The translations under genes were made by a program, and so were the position numbers. From Mayamaea pseudoterrestris (Eukaryota), in assembly GCA_027923505.1 (NCBI GenBank), contig BROI01000021.1, forward strand, positions 62,001-126,000: a stretch of 64,000 nt of DNA. The letters run 5' to 3'. The notes under the pieces are model-generated. The model worked only from the letters and a program-made list of their open reading frames with translations. It had not been told where the DNA came from and did not search any database. This document shows, in pieces, positions 42,826-53,570 of this stretch. The first letter of the stretch is position 1, and every line of letters starts with the position of its first letter.

Positions 42826-44511
42826 CTAACTTAGAGTTTCTCCTCCTGCAAAAGCAATGTTGTCTTCGTCAATTCCTAAATTTAGGCCATCGTCGTCACT
42901 CTCAAGCTCAGCGTCGTCATCCAACGCGGCATCCATGTTATCCAAACTATCGTTGCCAACGTCTTCCTCCACATCCTCGAGCAAACCGCTCTCAAGTTTT
43001 TCAATCTCACTCAACTTTATTCCAAGCGTGTTGAACGAATCCCAAGGATTTTCAAGGTCAACGCCTAATCGAATCCACTGCGTGACGATTTTCTTGTGAC
43101 CTTCATAAACTGGACATCCGGAATGCTCCGTAAAGCCATAATCCATGATGAGAGACTCTGGGTTGATGTAAGAGAAGAAAATGGCATCCCCAACCTGCGG
43201 CTTGACGTGGACTCCAGCGTTTCGAAAATTGGTGTGTCCGCCGCGATCAGCCACCGTACAATACATGACCATGGTAGCCATGCGCGAGCCTGATTTGTGC
43301 GGAAGACCGGTACAATCGCCGTCACAATGTGGCGTGTATCGCTGCGGGTGAACAAAAAGAGAGGAACAATTGATGAGTGGCCATCATTCGACATCAATCC
43401 CCAAACAACAGTTTGGGTGCCTACGTACGTCAGGTTCTGCATCGCCAACACCCCGTCCTTCATATTGGATGCTCATCAAATCCTCCTGCCCGTGCTCCTC
43501 GATACCAAGATGAAGCACTGCATTAGCGTAATCGTAAACACGTCGAGACAATCTTGCAATCGCATGACCAGCTTCTTCCTGATCCCATGGCACCTTGATG
43601 CCAGCCTGCATGGCCTTGCGATTCTCCGACAGTCTTGAGCCGCCCTTTCCGTCGGCGACAGTTGCTCGATGCAAGGAAGCCTGCGCTTCAAGCTCCATTG
43701 CAATGCACTCCTCCTCGTCAATAAAATTCTCAATGACATGAATCTTACTCGAAGGACGGTCATGCTTGACATGCACCGTATGACGATTTCCTCCTTTATG
43801 GATCCATTGCGTTGTACTCAAATCAGGAGTACTGTCAAGTGAATCATCCGCGCAGGTATAGTTTTCCAAAGTAGCTGCTATGTTTGTGCGAACGCTCGAC
43901 TGAAAAGCCATTTCTTCATGTACCTCTTCGAGTTTAGAAGCAACGCCTGTTTGTACGCATGCGACCAAATCCTTCAGAATAGCATCCGTTTCTGCCGTTG
44001 TATTACTAGCCAATTGCTTCATTTTGGCATCGGCCTTGGAGCGACATTCTTGGAGCAAGTCAGTCGCTTGTTGACGAGCCTTGATCTTGTTGTCTTCAAA
44101 AATCAATTCAAAATCCGCCGATAGCCGTGCAATTTGATCGTCATTCTCCGAGACCGTAAAGAAAACATGTCGGCAAACCTTGTCTGCATTTTTGCATGCT
44201 CCATTGTCTTGTAGACTTGGTTTCTCGCGAACAGAAAACTCATGGCCAACGTAGCTTTCAAGCTTAAATTCGGTGCCTGGCAAAACATGCGGGTCGCTCA
44301 TGCGCACCTCCTCCTTGGTTTGCGGATTCACCCAGTAGACTTCCACGACAAAGGTATTACCGCCGTCGTTTATAATTTGAATAGGACGCTTACTATCGCG
44401 AGTGGCTGCTGATGTAAATGTCGACGATTCGAGGAGTAGGATGATGGAGAAGAGCAGGACAAGCATGCTCCAGCATCTTATTGTGATCGAGTTAGATCTA
44501 GAGTTTCGCAT
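42826..44511 (-). CDS. Secretory prolyl-4-hydroxylase-like 2OG-Fe(II) oxygenase with a VHL-beta-like domain, 2 exons (intron 43342-43428)
   Basis: Spliced YTPHCD, GGHTNF, HSGCPV..G.K...TQWIR; N-terminal YWVNP...SYVGHEF. Confidence 0.82.
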
Positions 44512-45182
44512 GGGCCAGAATAATTCACCAGTCAATGCACAGAGAGTATGCTGTCGTCCAGCACCTTGGCTCAACTTTAGGTGGCAAGTCTTTTGATCAA
44601 CCGTTGTAGAATTGCCGTGCAGCTTCCGATTTACTTGGCCGAAAAGCCGGCGACGACAAAAGTCAACCATGCAGTCATTCCATGGGAGAGACGGTGCGAC
44701 AATGACGGTCATTGGCACGTGGGCACGCGCCTCCCCGCCTTAACGAAATGTCAACTATGCCATCTCAGCCTGAGATGATGATATGCTGGATTTCGCAACC
44801 CAATGGGCCTGATGAAAGGCATGAGACGTTCCAACTCGTTCTATTATTTAGCTGCAACAGGGTTTCTAATGTCTAGATTAGCTGCGTTAGCACCCAAGCA
44901 TAAACTTATTTGAATAGGCTGGCTGATCCGATCGGACACTCGCAATTCCGTGGTCTGCCAAACCTGCCAAACTTATGTCGACCAAGTACAAACTAGCAAA
45001 ATCGTCGAAAAGTTCCATCGCTTTCATTGTCACGGAGTCGTTGCCGTAATTTGAAGTTGCGTTGCCAATTCAGCGAGCACAAAAGTAGGCATGTGACAAC
45101 TGCTTTGCGATATCTGCCGTGCAATCGCTTGATTAGTACGAAAACTCGCAGGCCGATTTACGCCGAAGCTTTCCATCAACGT

Positions 45183-46850
45183 TCACATTTCGTCGTTGCC
45201 CTCCAAGAAATCGCCATCATACTGGCCATCGTCGTCGTCGTCGTCGTCGTCTACTTCGCCCTTACCAGCATCGTTGCCATCTCCACTGCTGCTGTAGTAG
45301 TCGCTACCAATAATAGCTTTCATTTCACTGATTTTAAGATTGTTCGAATCAAAGGCGTCCCAAGGATTTTCCGCGTCGACTCCCAACCGAATCCATTGCG
45401 TCACTATATGTTTATGTCCTTCAAAAACAGGACATCCAGAATGAATCGTCAAGCCACTATCCTTCACCATTTCAGCTGGATCGATATAACTAAAGAAAAT
45501 ACCGTTACCAATCATTGGTTTCACATGAACGCCAGCATTCATAAAGTTGGTATGTCCGCCGACTTCGGCGACGGAGCAATACATGACCATGGTAGCCACT
45601 CGGGCGGCTTGCTGATGCTTTAGTCCATCGCAAAAATCGTCACAGTGAGGCTGATATTGATCCGGTGCAGTGTCATTGATGCCTCGACCAAAGTATTGAA
45701 TGCTCATCAAGTCCTCCTGGCCAAATTCTTGAATGTTTAAACCTAGAACATGGTTTGCGTAGCTGTAGACGCGCCTGGATACGCGCGCGATCAAATTTCC
45801 CTCCATTTCTTGGTTCCATGGAACGACAATTCCCGCTTGCAAAGCGCGGCGGCTTGGGTCCAGCTCCTGTCCCCCTTTGCCGTCGGCCACGGCTGCTCGT
45901 TCCAGGAACGGAGCAGCGGCTTGCTCAATTGCCAAGCACTCCTCGTGACTAATAGAGTTTTCGATCACATGAATCTTGCTAGAAGGACGGTCGTGCTTGA
46001 CATGAACGGTTCGACGAGTTATAGGGGTTCTGTTTCGTCGCGGCAATTTCGCTGCAGCATCGTCGTGAGGCTGATTTTTGTCAGGTCGAAGCTCCCTTGT
46101 TGTCCAGATAATCACTGGCCCAGCGTCAGGTGTTGATTCGGCATTAGGATCGTTGCAGATGTATTCCTCGCTGCGTTGTCCAAGCTCGGTTCGAATGGAA
46201 GCGTGCAAGGAAATTTCTGCGTGATCTACCTCCAATGATTTTGACAGTTTCGTCTCCAGACAAGCGAACCATGCGTCGATGTCACTAATATTTTGCGGCG
46301 ATTCGATGATTGGATTCGCTTCTTGGCATTCCTGAACTAACTCTTGAGCAAGTCGTCTAGCTCGGATAACGTTGTCGACAAAGTCAATGGTAATATCAGC
46401 TTGAATGGTAGCCACTTGATCATCGTTTTCCGAGACTGTAATCCAGGCTTGGCGACAAATGCCTTGTTCAACTTCTACGTTTGCTTGTTGTCGCTGCTGC
46501 TGCGTCGCTTCGTGCTCATCCCTTTTTGGTTTGGGTGGACTGCATTCATGTTCGCGAGCTATGAAAATGTGTCCGACAAAAGTTTCCGATGGATACGTTG
46601 CAGTCGGAAGCAAATGATGGGGCCCATTCGTCATTAGAATTTCCTCACCATTGTCTGGATTAACCCAGTACAGCTTGACAATCTTGAACGATTCATTAAT
46701 GATTTGAAGCTTGCGATGGCTGCTTCGTTTGAAGGACGCCGCGCTGCAGAATGCGATGAATGGCAGTACTTGTACCAGCATCACGAGTATCCAGAGCTGC
46801 AGTTGCGGCATCCAAAACTTGCTTGGAACACTAGACCGATTCGTTAGCAT
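45183..46850 (-). CDS. Intronless tandem paralog: VHL-like domain + prolyl-4-hydroxylase-like oxygenase
   Basis: YQPHCD, GGHTNF, HSGCPVFEGHKHIVTQWIR; signal peptide; acidic tail. Confidence 0.82.
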   Translation of the reverse strand: MLTNRSSVPSKFWMPQLQLWILVMLVQVLPFIAFCSAASFKRSSHRKLQIINESFKIVKLYWVNPDNGEEILMTNGPHHLLPTATYPSETFVGHIFIAREHECSPPKPKRDEHEATQQQRQQANVEVEQGICRQAWITVSENDDQVATIQADITIDFVDNVIRARRLAQELVQECQEANPIIESPQNISDIDAWFACLETKLSKSLEVDHAEISLHASIRTELGQRSEEYICNDPNAESTPDAGPVIIWTTRELRPDKNQPHDDAAAKLPRRNRTPITRRTVHVKHDRPSSKIHVIENSISHEECLAIEQAAAPFLERAAVADGKGGQELDPSRRALQAGIVVPWNQEMEGNLIARVSRRVYSYANHVLGLNIQEFGQEDLMSIQYFGRGINDTAPDQYQPHCDDFCDGLKHQQAARVATMVMYCSVAEVGGHTNFMNAGVHVKPMIGNGIFFSYIDPAEMVKDSGLTIHSGCPVFEGHKHIVTQWIRLGVDAENPWDAFDSNNLKISEMKAIIGSDYYSSSGDGNDAGKGEVDDDDDDDDGQYDGDFLEGNDEM

Positions 46851-47220
46851 TTGTAGCTATTGTAAAAGTGTCTACGTTCACTGGAACTCAACTTGTCGCT
46901 CAAGTTGGACGAGCAGATCATGGTCGTCAAGCTTGTCGCCACACGGATCGCTTTGGTCTGACCATACCACTGTGACATTTTATTTAATGTCTCTCAAATA
47001 GTACTGCCAATAACTTTGAAAAATGTCCCAGTTTTGGTACTGTGGGACAAAAAGTGCAAAAACTTTGAAAGATGTCCCCGTTTTTGGCACTGTCCAAAGA
47101 ACAGTACAGCGAGTACAGCTAATCGTAGGGGAGATGTGCCGCGCATGAGATGATGGCAAACACGCCGATCAAGGAAATGAGTCAAGGAGCAACAGACGCA
47201 CTGTCGTGCATCATTTTGAG

Positions 47221-48801
47221 ATGACAAGCATCATGCATCAGACAGTAAATAGATCAAGATGCAGCCGCGTGCCGGCCCTGCGATTTGTATTCTCAACCGT
47301 CTTGCTGCTGCAGCTGCAGCTGCATCTTTCCTCAACGACCTATTGCGACGCGTTTCAGTCTCGTATTCATTCGACACTGTCCATACGACGGCAAGAAACG
47401 AAGTTAGAGTCGCAACTACATGGAAATTTTGACGGAACGGATGAAGAAGATGAAACTTTGATCGCCATGATTGCTCCTGCACTGCCATTTCAATCAGCCT
47501 TATCTCGCCGGCAAGTCATTGCTTCAACTTCGACTGCCGTCACGGCTGTAAGCCTCATGCTATCGCAACAATCTGCAAACGCAATTGATTTTCCCTCCAT
47601 ATTCGTTGACAAGGAAAATTCCCCATACCAGCCGTCGAAGCGACCGCTCGTATACCGCATCGACTCGACCATTCCTCCAACCCTTCTGCCAGTATCCAAT
47701 CCAAAGCTAACTCTACAACAACTCGGACAAGGTTCGGGGACAGACAAGAATCAGATAATTATTGATACAGTCAATTTGAACAACATTCTCAATAAGATTG
47801 TTTTCGGAACCATTCGGGCTGTCCAAAAGCCGTCGTTTTTGCAGCCGCAAGTACCTTCAACTCCGTCTTTTGTATGTCTCGGCATGCCGATGGTCCCTGC
47901 AGACACTGACGTACAGCTTGCCCAGTCTTTGATTACCAGCATGGTCGGCGGACAAACCAAAGGACAGCAGCAGGACACTTCAAATACGGCGTTGGGACTG
48001 GCATGGGCGCCGTACGAGACACAGACTGCCCTCGACGAATACGCCCATAATCGAATGTCGTTGGACGACTTGATTATCACCTTGCAGCAAGCGAAGGTCT
48101 CTCCAGAAACGATTCAACTGTACACTCCTCTGCTGAAATATGCAGCCTCTGCTCGTTTAACTCTTCTGGCTCTTGCTCCCAGTATTCTAGATGTCCAGAG
48201 CATTTTGCGCGGTGGTCTGCAAGCCGTTGACCCAGATCAACGATCCAAATACGTCATTGATCCCAATGGATTTATCAAGATGACGGCAGATCCAGCCTTT
48301 CAAATGTACACGGATCGCTCCTTGTTAAAGCAAGATGAAACAGCAGAGACCAGCACGAGCAAGAGTAACAACATGGCAAATCTTTTTGCAGCGAGTATAC
48401 TCATTCACGAGGCTGCTGCCACGAAAATGGCCCAATATGCGGCATCGAAAACTTTGTTGCAACCTCTGGTGATAATGGTAGCGCCCATGGCAGATGTTCG
48501 GTACCAGTTGGGTATGAATGGACGAATCCCGCGCATATACAATGCTCTCGTTGCGGCGCAGCAACAACCTGCAGCATCAGCAGATCCACTGTCAGCTGAG
48601 CAACAACTCATGACGACGGATCGCGTCACCACCATACTTTTGAATCCGAATGCCAATGATACTTTGAGCAAGTCGAAGCGGTTGCGTCTTGAGATTGGAA
48701 CCGGACCGGAAACATTGGACTATCAGCAAAAAATTGCCGACTACTTGTGGTTTAGCGAGTCGCCCAAGGTAAATTTAATTCCCAGGCTAATGAACGGATA
48801 A
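47221..48801 (+). CDS. Plastid, probably thylakoid-lumen protein with a ChaN/PhuW-like domain
   Basis: Signal peptide + DAF, twin-arginine SRRQ..ANA; LGLAW..Q.ALDEY...YTPLL.YA...LLAL...GGLQ resembles the ChaN fold. Confidence 0.55.
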   Translation: MTSIMHQTVNRSRCSRVPALRFVFSTVLLLQLQLHLSSTTYCDAFQSRIHSTLSIRRQETKLESQLHGNFDGTDEEDETLIAMIAPALPFQSALSRRQVIASTSTAVTAVSLMLSQQSANAIDFPSIFVDKENSPYQPSKRPLVYRIDSTIPPTLLPVSNPKLTLQQLGQGSGTDKNQIIIDTVNLNNILNKIVFGTIRAVQKPSFLQPQVPSTPSFVCLGMPMVPADTDVQLAQSLITSMVGGQTKGQQQDTSNTALGLAWAPYETQTALDEYAHNRMSLDDLIITLQQAKVSPETIQLYTPLLKYAASARLTLLALAPSILDVQSILRGGLQAVDPDQRSKYVIDPNGFIKMTADPAFQMYTDRSLLKQDETAETSTSKSNNMANLFAASILIHEAAATKMAQYAASKTLLQPLVIMVAPMADVRYQLGMNGRIPRIYNALVAAQQQPAASADPLSAEQQLMTTDRVTTILLNPNANDTLSKSKRLRLEIGTGPETLDYQQKIADYLWFSESPKVNLIPRLMNG

Positions 48802-48911
48802 ATTATCAGTATATTGCAAGCTACTTGCCGACGTAGCAAATTTAAGATTCTACCGCAGTCACGCTACAATGAGACAATAACATTGCGGATGCACCAAGTA
48901 TTCGTCGACGC

Positions 48912-50981
48912 TCAAAACGTCTCTCGATGCGCCGCTGCCAATGCACCGATTAGTAAGAATACTGTAGCATACATACAAAGCTCACCCAGTATTTGCACGT
49001 CGTTCATGCTCGACATGTCGCTCCTCCACCATGGAGATTTTAAAGTGATTTCCATCAGGGCATTAACCTTGCCATCGCTTTTCAGACCCATGGGCGTCAT
49101 GCCTGTTGACACCGCTTTTGCCGTTGTCATTTCAAGTCCCTCTTGTTCGTCGGCATGATCATGATCCTCATCATCGTAGGACACGCCCGAGGAAATCATC
49201 TCACCACTTGTAGATCGTTCCTTAATAGCTTCCCACTCAAATCGCAAGAGTCCCCACAACGATCGACGCACTAATTCCGCCGAGGCCAGCGACGGACCAA
49301 AGACTGCTCCCAGTCCATCTCCAAAGCTTTCGGTCAATCGACCCGCCGCATCCAAGTAACGTGGCGGCAGGAAGGTCAATATCCAACAAAATCGCAGCAA
49401 AACGTTGATGCTACATATGGCGTGGTAGATAATTGGTGTAGTGTAGAGTCGTTCTGATCGCAACGCCCATCGTCGCTGCTTGTTGCGTTCGAATAATCCC
49501 CAATCCATGAAAATGTCCCAAAAGACTTGATATAAGGTTGCAATGACGAAACTGACAAGCCAGAGGGCCGAGTTGCGTTGCTCTGGATGATATATTCCAA
49601 ACATTGCAACCTGGGCTGCCAAAAAATACTTGAACGCATTGCCCAGGTACGGCCAACGCTCCTTGTGGTCGTATGCTTGCCGCAAGTTCTGCAGAAATCG
49701 CCACCACAATGGACTTATCATGCAGGTAGGTAAAATAATGGTGTGCACAATCCAAGACTTCTCCATTTCGGGTATGCTGGTGTCCGCCTGGTAGATAAAG
49801 GAAAATGATCGCGCTGGAACATTATCGTACGCCTCAACATGGTTATTTGTCACATTCTCAAATGCATATTCCTGGCCGCCGTTGTTTAGTCCTTGTCGCC
49901 TCTCTATGTGATAGTAGTATGCCGTAGACCACCAACCCTTGAGTCCATACATCAAGTAGCAAAAGGTAAAGGCCAGGTCTTGAAGCGGACGCACGCTGGA
50001 TGTTAACACATCGCCAATGAATCCATCGCGAAAGGTGACTGGCGATGGAATTGGAGCCCGTAGTGTTCTAGAAACAACGAACCAAAAGCGTCTTCGTTTT
50101 CGAAAAGGAAAAAGTGCTATGACTCCAAAGTATACAAAGAGTACAAGTGGAAAGGTGGGAGCGGCAATGCGCGAAATAAATTTCCAGGCTGACGACTGTT
50201 CGTCAACTGATTCAGCAGCTTCGAATTCAAACTGGTCCTGTTCTTCAGCTTGTTGTCGAGTCTCTTGCTCTCGCATGTATCCAGTAGCAGTAATTGTGAA
50301 TAAGAAGAGGCTTACGAGTATGACTAGCAGATTGTCGAGCGCGCCTTTGACCACTGAAATTGGAGTCGGAACGTTGCTTCCTGGGGCGTCTAATCGCGCG
50401 TCGGCGCGCATGACCCCATCATTTTCGTCGTCGTCGTCTTGTTGCGTTTCGTGCAAATCTTCTACTGACTGACTTACATTGTCCGCATCGTCCATTTCCG
50501 ACAATTCAAGGTCGTTTGATTCTTGGTCGTAAGTATCGTTCTGCCGAGGCTCGACACTTCGATACGCAGCTCGCCGGAGTCGTTTCATTAATCTTGAAAA
50601 GCTTCGACTCCAGTAAATCAAACTCATTGCTCTAGCATTTTCGTCTCCTTCTTCTTCCTCCTCGTCATTTGAACAGTCTTCATTCAAATAGTCTTCATTG
50701 TTATCCATCTCGTCTTCCTGGTCATGGGCAAAAAGTAGTTCCTCGACTACATTAATACTGACAATCCGCCGATAGACGGCCAGGCTGACAGCAACGCACC
50801 AGAGTCCCAAATTGACTTGCAGCAATGACCGAAATATTCGAGACGAGGGTTCATGTAGCTGAAGCGCCGAGTAAACATTCAAAGTGTCGTCGCTGATGAG
50901 GTAAATGGCAGTGATGATTGCAGCGACGAGAAAAAGGGGTTTCAAAATGCCAAGGTTGCTGCACGATGAAACGTAGACCAT
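48912..50981 (-). CDS. EXS-domain membrane protein (PHO1/XPR1/ERD1 family), no SPX domain evident
   Basis: VTFRDGFIGDVLTS, RFLQNLR, LGNAFKY, WDIFMDWGL, LRFCW, ELVRRSLW.LRFEWE. Confidence 0.9.
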   Translation of the reverse strand: MVYVSSCSNLGILKPLFLVAAIITAIYLISDDTLNVYSALQLHEPSSRIFRSLLQVNLGLWCVAVSLAVYRRIVSINVVEELLFAHDQEDEMDNNEDYLNEDCSNDEEEEEGDENARAMSLIYWSRSFSRLMKRLRRAAYRSVEPRQNDTYDQESNDLELSEMDDADNVSQSVEDLHETQQDDDDENDGVMRADARLDAPGSNVPTPISVVKGALDNLLVILVSLFLFTITATGYMREQETRQQAEEQDQFEFEAAESVDEQSSAWKFISRIAAPTFPLVLFVYFGVIALFPFRKRRRFWFVVSRTLRAPIPSPVTFRDGFIGDVLTSSVRPLQDLAFTFCYLMYGLKGWWSTAYYYHIERRQGLNNGGQEYAFENVTNNHVEAYDNVPARSFSFIYQADTSIPEMEKSWIVHTIILPTCMISPLWWRFLQNLRQAYDHKERWPYLGNAFKYFLAAQVAMFGIYHPEQRNSALWLVSFVIATLYQVFWDIFMDWGLFERNKQRRWALRSERLYTTPIIYHAICSINVLLRFCWILTFLPPRYLDAAGRLTESFGDGLGAVFGPSLASAELVRRSLWGLLRFEWEAIKERSTSGEMISSGVSYDDEDHDHADEQEGLEMTTAKAVSTGMTPMGLKSDGKVNALMEITLKSPWWRSDMSSMNDVQILGELCMYATVFLLIGALAAAHRETF

Positions 50982-51282
50982 GCTGCTGCTAGTAGAAATT
51001 CGCTTTATAAATATGATCTAGCAGTGATTAGTATACTCTTGGAGGAATAACAGACAGTCGCAGGACCAAAATGACAACAGAGTGGCTGCCGAAAGCCGAA
51101 ACCCCCATGATGTTGTCGCTGTCGCGGTGGGACGAATCTTTTCATCGAGTACTATCTTCCGTGTTGTACTCTGCGAGCGAAGCCCTCATTCGTACTGGTA
51201 CTCGTAGAAACGCGCACATTATTTTTTGCAACACAATCGTTCCGTCTCCAAGACCACACAGCCTGCCGAAACGACAAGAGTG

Positions 51283-53490
51283 ATGCTCGACGACGACTAC
51301 GACGATATCGACGCAAAACGAGAAGAACCAGAGACCCGAGGCCTGTTCGGAGCCAAGGGTGATTCGCTCAGCTGGTTGAACGCCACGCAACACTTTCCCA
51401 ATGGCGTTCCGAGGTTTGAATCTAAGCAAGCTTGTCTAGACTTTGTCAATCAATACTTGCAGTCGCACCATGGAGGAAGCAATCCGAAATATCCTCATCT
51501 ACAGCATATATTTACAACATTGATTGGATGGGAACAAATTCAGGATGTCTTGTTACCGGCGATCGACAAGGCGAGAAAGGAACACTCTAACGCGTCGCGA
51601 GTCCCAAAAGATTATGGAGAAGCTTCAATCGAAACGACAACTGAAACTGATAACATGAACAGGAATGCAAATACTAATAGTACTGATGTATCTGATGGTG
51701 CAGCAAATGATGCGAAAAGGAGGGAGAATGACGCTGCAACGATCTGCACTTCTACCGGCAACAACGTGTACGAACAAGCCGATGCTGCACCCGTCGTTAG
51801 CGCCATTGCAGAACGACTCAACGTTTCGTTTCACAAATGCACGACTCCAGCATCGACTATCAACACGCTCAAGTACTTGTATCATCACATGAAGTTTGGC
51901 ATCTTTGTCATGATTCGCAACAAACAGCTACGCATATTTGCCCCCTTTGTCAATATTCACTACACAAACACTTGGGCCGATCACTTGCGGATTGAAGGAG
52001 ACGGCACGCTGGATACATACTATTCACAAAAGGCTGGACTCTATAGGGAAGAGCAGATCGAACCAGACCGTAGCAAGTGGTGGGCGAATGGAAACATTAT
52101 TTGCAACGAGCGGACGCGGAGTGCCAACGCCACGGACGACATGCAACTGCTGCAGACGAGTCAACACTGGGGCGATCACTTTCTCGCGCCTCTTCGCGAC
52201 ATGCTTGGCGAAGCTTGCCGGGAGCGGGACTTGCCAGACTGTGAATTTTTCCTCAATAAGCGAGATTACCCGCAACTTAAAGTTAATATGCAGCGCGACA
52301 AGGGCGGCCTTCCTGTCGAACCGTATGGATTCATCTTTGACAAGGATGATCGCGATCCAGACCAAGACGTCGATTTGCCTGAGCAACACAAATTCACGTC
52401 CTATGCACCCATCGTTTCGTTTTACGCAGCTGCACCTGATCGATTCACGGACGTTCCATGGCCGAGTTCGGAGGATTGGGAAGCTGCATGCGGATTGGTG
52501 TTTCCGAACACATTTATACACACCAAGCAATTCAATCCAGTCACTGGAAGGCCAGAGATTGAACTCAATGGAAGCCCGCGTGATTTGTTTACAGAAGCTA
52601 ACTTTATTAAGTTTCGACGCGGATGGAACGATGGACGAGTGGCAACTGCCTTTTTTCGAGGCACGGCCACTGGCGGCGGCACAACAATTGACAATAATCA
52701 GCGCCTCAAGGTTGCATATTTGAGTCACTTGTGGAAGAATGATACAATCAAAGGTGGCAAGGAACCATTTTTGGATGCAGCAATTGTCGGGTGGAACTTA
52801 CGCGACAAGAAAACGGCTCAAGGTCCCATGACATTTCTTCGATCGGACCAGTTTGATTTCACTGCTGGTCGAGAACACTTTACGCCAATCTACGAGCAGA
52901 GTAAATACAAGTATCTAGTATACGTGGATGGACACTGCGCAGCTTGTCGGTATGGATTTATGATGCGACTCGGTTCAGTTATTTTGAAAGTGGAACCCCG
53001 ACAAGTAGCCGATCGCATGTGGTACTTCCCGCTTCTCAAGCCGTATCATGACCACGTTCCCGTCAAGGCAGATTTGTCGGATCTTGAAGAAAAGATAAGG
53101 TGGTGCCGAGAACATGATGAGGAATGCCAAGAGATTGCCAAGAATGCAGGCATATTCTATGAAAAGTATGTAGGGCGGAATGCACTACTGGATTATGTCG
53201 AAATGGCCTGCAAGCATATTGCTAAACGCTTCGTGGAGCCTCCCTTCTGGTGGAACAATGTTGCAGCCGATATTCCTCCTCCGCACTTGCGAAAGCCAGA
53301 CGTGCCTTGCTATGAGGATCGTCAGACGGGTGAGAGTCGGTTGTGCACGAGATGCCAGGAAGACTACGACGATGAGGTTCAAGAGTTGGAGCGGCTTGAA
53401 AATGAGCAAGAGAACGAAAAGGTCGATCGAGCAGAGACCAAGAAACGATTAAGGGACCGAATGAAAAAAAGAGCCAAGCCATCAAGCTAG
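51283..53490 (+). CDS. Glycosyltransferase family 90 (CAP10-like)
   Basis: PDCEFFLNKRD.P, AFFRG..TG, KYKYLVYVDG, LGSVILK, DHVPVKADLSDL.EKI.W. Confidence 0.85.
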   Translation: MLDDDYDDIDAKREEPETRGLFGAKGDSLSWLNATQHFPNGVPRFESKQACLDFVNQYLQSHHGGSNPKYPHLQHIFTTLIGWEQIQDVLLPAIDKARKEHSNASRVPKDYGEASIETTTETDNMNRNANTNSTDVSDGAANDAKRRENDAATICTSTGNNVYEQADAAPVVSAIAERLNVSFHKCTTPASTINTLKYLYHHMKFGIFVMIRNKQLRIFAPFVNIHYTNTWADHLRIEGDGTLDTYYSQKAGLYREEQIEPDRSKWWANGNIICNERTRSANATDDMQLLQTSQHWGDHFLAPLRDMLGEACRERDLPDCEFFLNKRDYPQLKVNMQRDKGGLPVEPYGFIFDKDDRDPDQDVDLPEQHKFTSYAPIVSFYAAAPDRFTDVPWPSSEDWEAACGLVFPNTFIHTKQFNPVTGRPEIELNGSPRDLFTEANFIKFRRGWNDGRVATAFFRGTATGGGTTIDNNQRLKVAYLSHLWKNDTIKGGKEPFLDAAIVGWNLRDKKTAQGPMTFLRSDQFDFTAGREHFTPIYEQSKYKYLVYVDGHCAACRYGFMMRLGSVILKVEPRQVADRMWYFPLLKPYHDHVPVKADLSDLEEKIRWCREHDEECQEIAKNAGIFYEKYVGRNALLDYVEMACKHIAKRFVEPPFWWNNVAADIPPPHLRKPDVPCYEDRQTGESRLCTRCQEDYDDEVQELERLENEQENEKVDRAETKKRLRDRMKKRAKPSS

Positions 53491-53570
53491 TCCAAGCTCC
53501 GGCATAATTGGATACAGTACTTTACAAGCATTCTAATAAGTTCTATATATCAGCGTAAATCACGTCCGAA

